Below are positions 63,421 through 64,000 of a DNA stretch of 64,000 nt, piece by piece. Made by a program: the position numbers and the translations under genes. Location: the NCBI GenBank assembly GCA_964509755.1, contig CAZDYU010000005.1:524-64523 (forward strand), read 5' to 3'. A model generated the notes under the pieces. The model was not told the origin of the DNA, searched no databases, and worked only from the letters and a program-made list of their open reading frames with translations. The stretch comes from an uncultured Terracidiphilus sp. (GTDB lineage Bacteria; Acidobacteriota; Terriglobia; Terriglobales; Acidobacteriaceae). Position 1 is the stretch's first letter. The number at the start of each line of letters is the position of its first letter.

Positions 63421-64000
63421 GTTTAGAGCCGGATGTTTATTCATAATCCTTCAAAAGAGACTTGGTTTTCCATCCTTTGGCGTATTTTGCGAAGGATGGG
63501 AACCCACTTTTGCGGAAAGGTTAAGATTCCGAGAACTTGGGGTTCGCCGCCCGCTCCGTCGAAGATTCGTGGTGAGGGATCTGGGATTTTAACTGAGTGG
63601 CTGGAAATTGGGTTGAGCGTAAAAAAGTGGGAGATATTGGGCTGGTTTGTGCCTTCAAGAGGCGGAAAAGGGCGGAAAAAGCGGGCTGAAACAGGATTTT
63701 TGTTTACTTTTTGGTTACTATGTGACTCGATGTAAGGTATTGTATTGGTTGATTTTATCTTGAAATATAGGGCTTCAGGATTGGGAAAATTGGGTAGGGG
63801 GGGTGGGGTTCAGGGGCAAAATTTGCGATTTGGAGCCGAAGATCCGTAACGGGATAGAGCGGGCTCCTTTTTATTATCCGTGCTGAAGTGGAAATTATAT
63901 GCAAATGGAGATGAAAAATTCAGGATTGGCGGGCGAGACGGGGTGAGCGGGTTCGCGGGTGCGTTGGTCTGGAACGGCACGGGGCTCTGGTCGTTGTTCA

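Overview
High-GC bacterial chromosomal window whose gene set and intergenic repeat style suggest Acidobacteriota (inference, no database check). It is mostly housekeeping and envelope genes: fabH, mqnA, dprA, purN/purM, hemL, ald, a methionine-sulfoxide repair cluster, cyaY, lgt, an RluA-family synthase, ligA and glnS, plus glycoside hydrolases and regulators. The standout is a compact, visibly lower-GC insert at about 8850-12100. It has a sigma70-like promoter, an unannotated 20-aa ORF (MKNYVKPVASSGKTNSSQCA) with a strong RBS and a YxKP leader-like motif, a large stem-loop, and three radical SAM enzymes (one COG2108-like, one SPASM, one PqqD/RRE-fused SPASM). This looks like an uncharacterised RiPP or peptide-derived cofactor system. 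Other notable items: an exosortase/CAAX-protease fusion with a minimal VPEID-CTERM-like substrate; a methyltransferase-Mrr fusion; a frameshifted ParE toxin behind an intact antitoxin; a SLATT-like gene with a small Pro-rich partner ORF; nested MITE/REP elements with TTTA target sites; and transcription-oriented TCAG-core tandem repeats right after stop codons. No rRNA, tRNA or CRISPR array was recognised.
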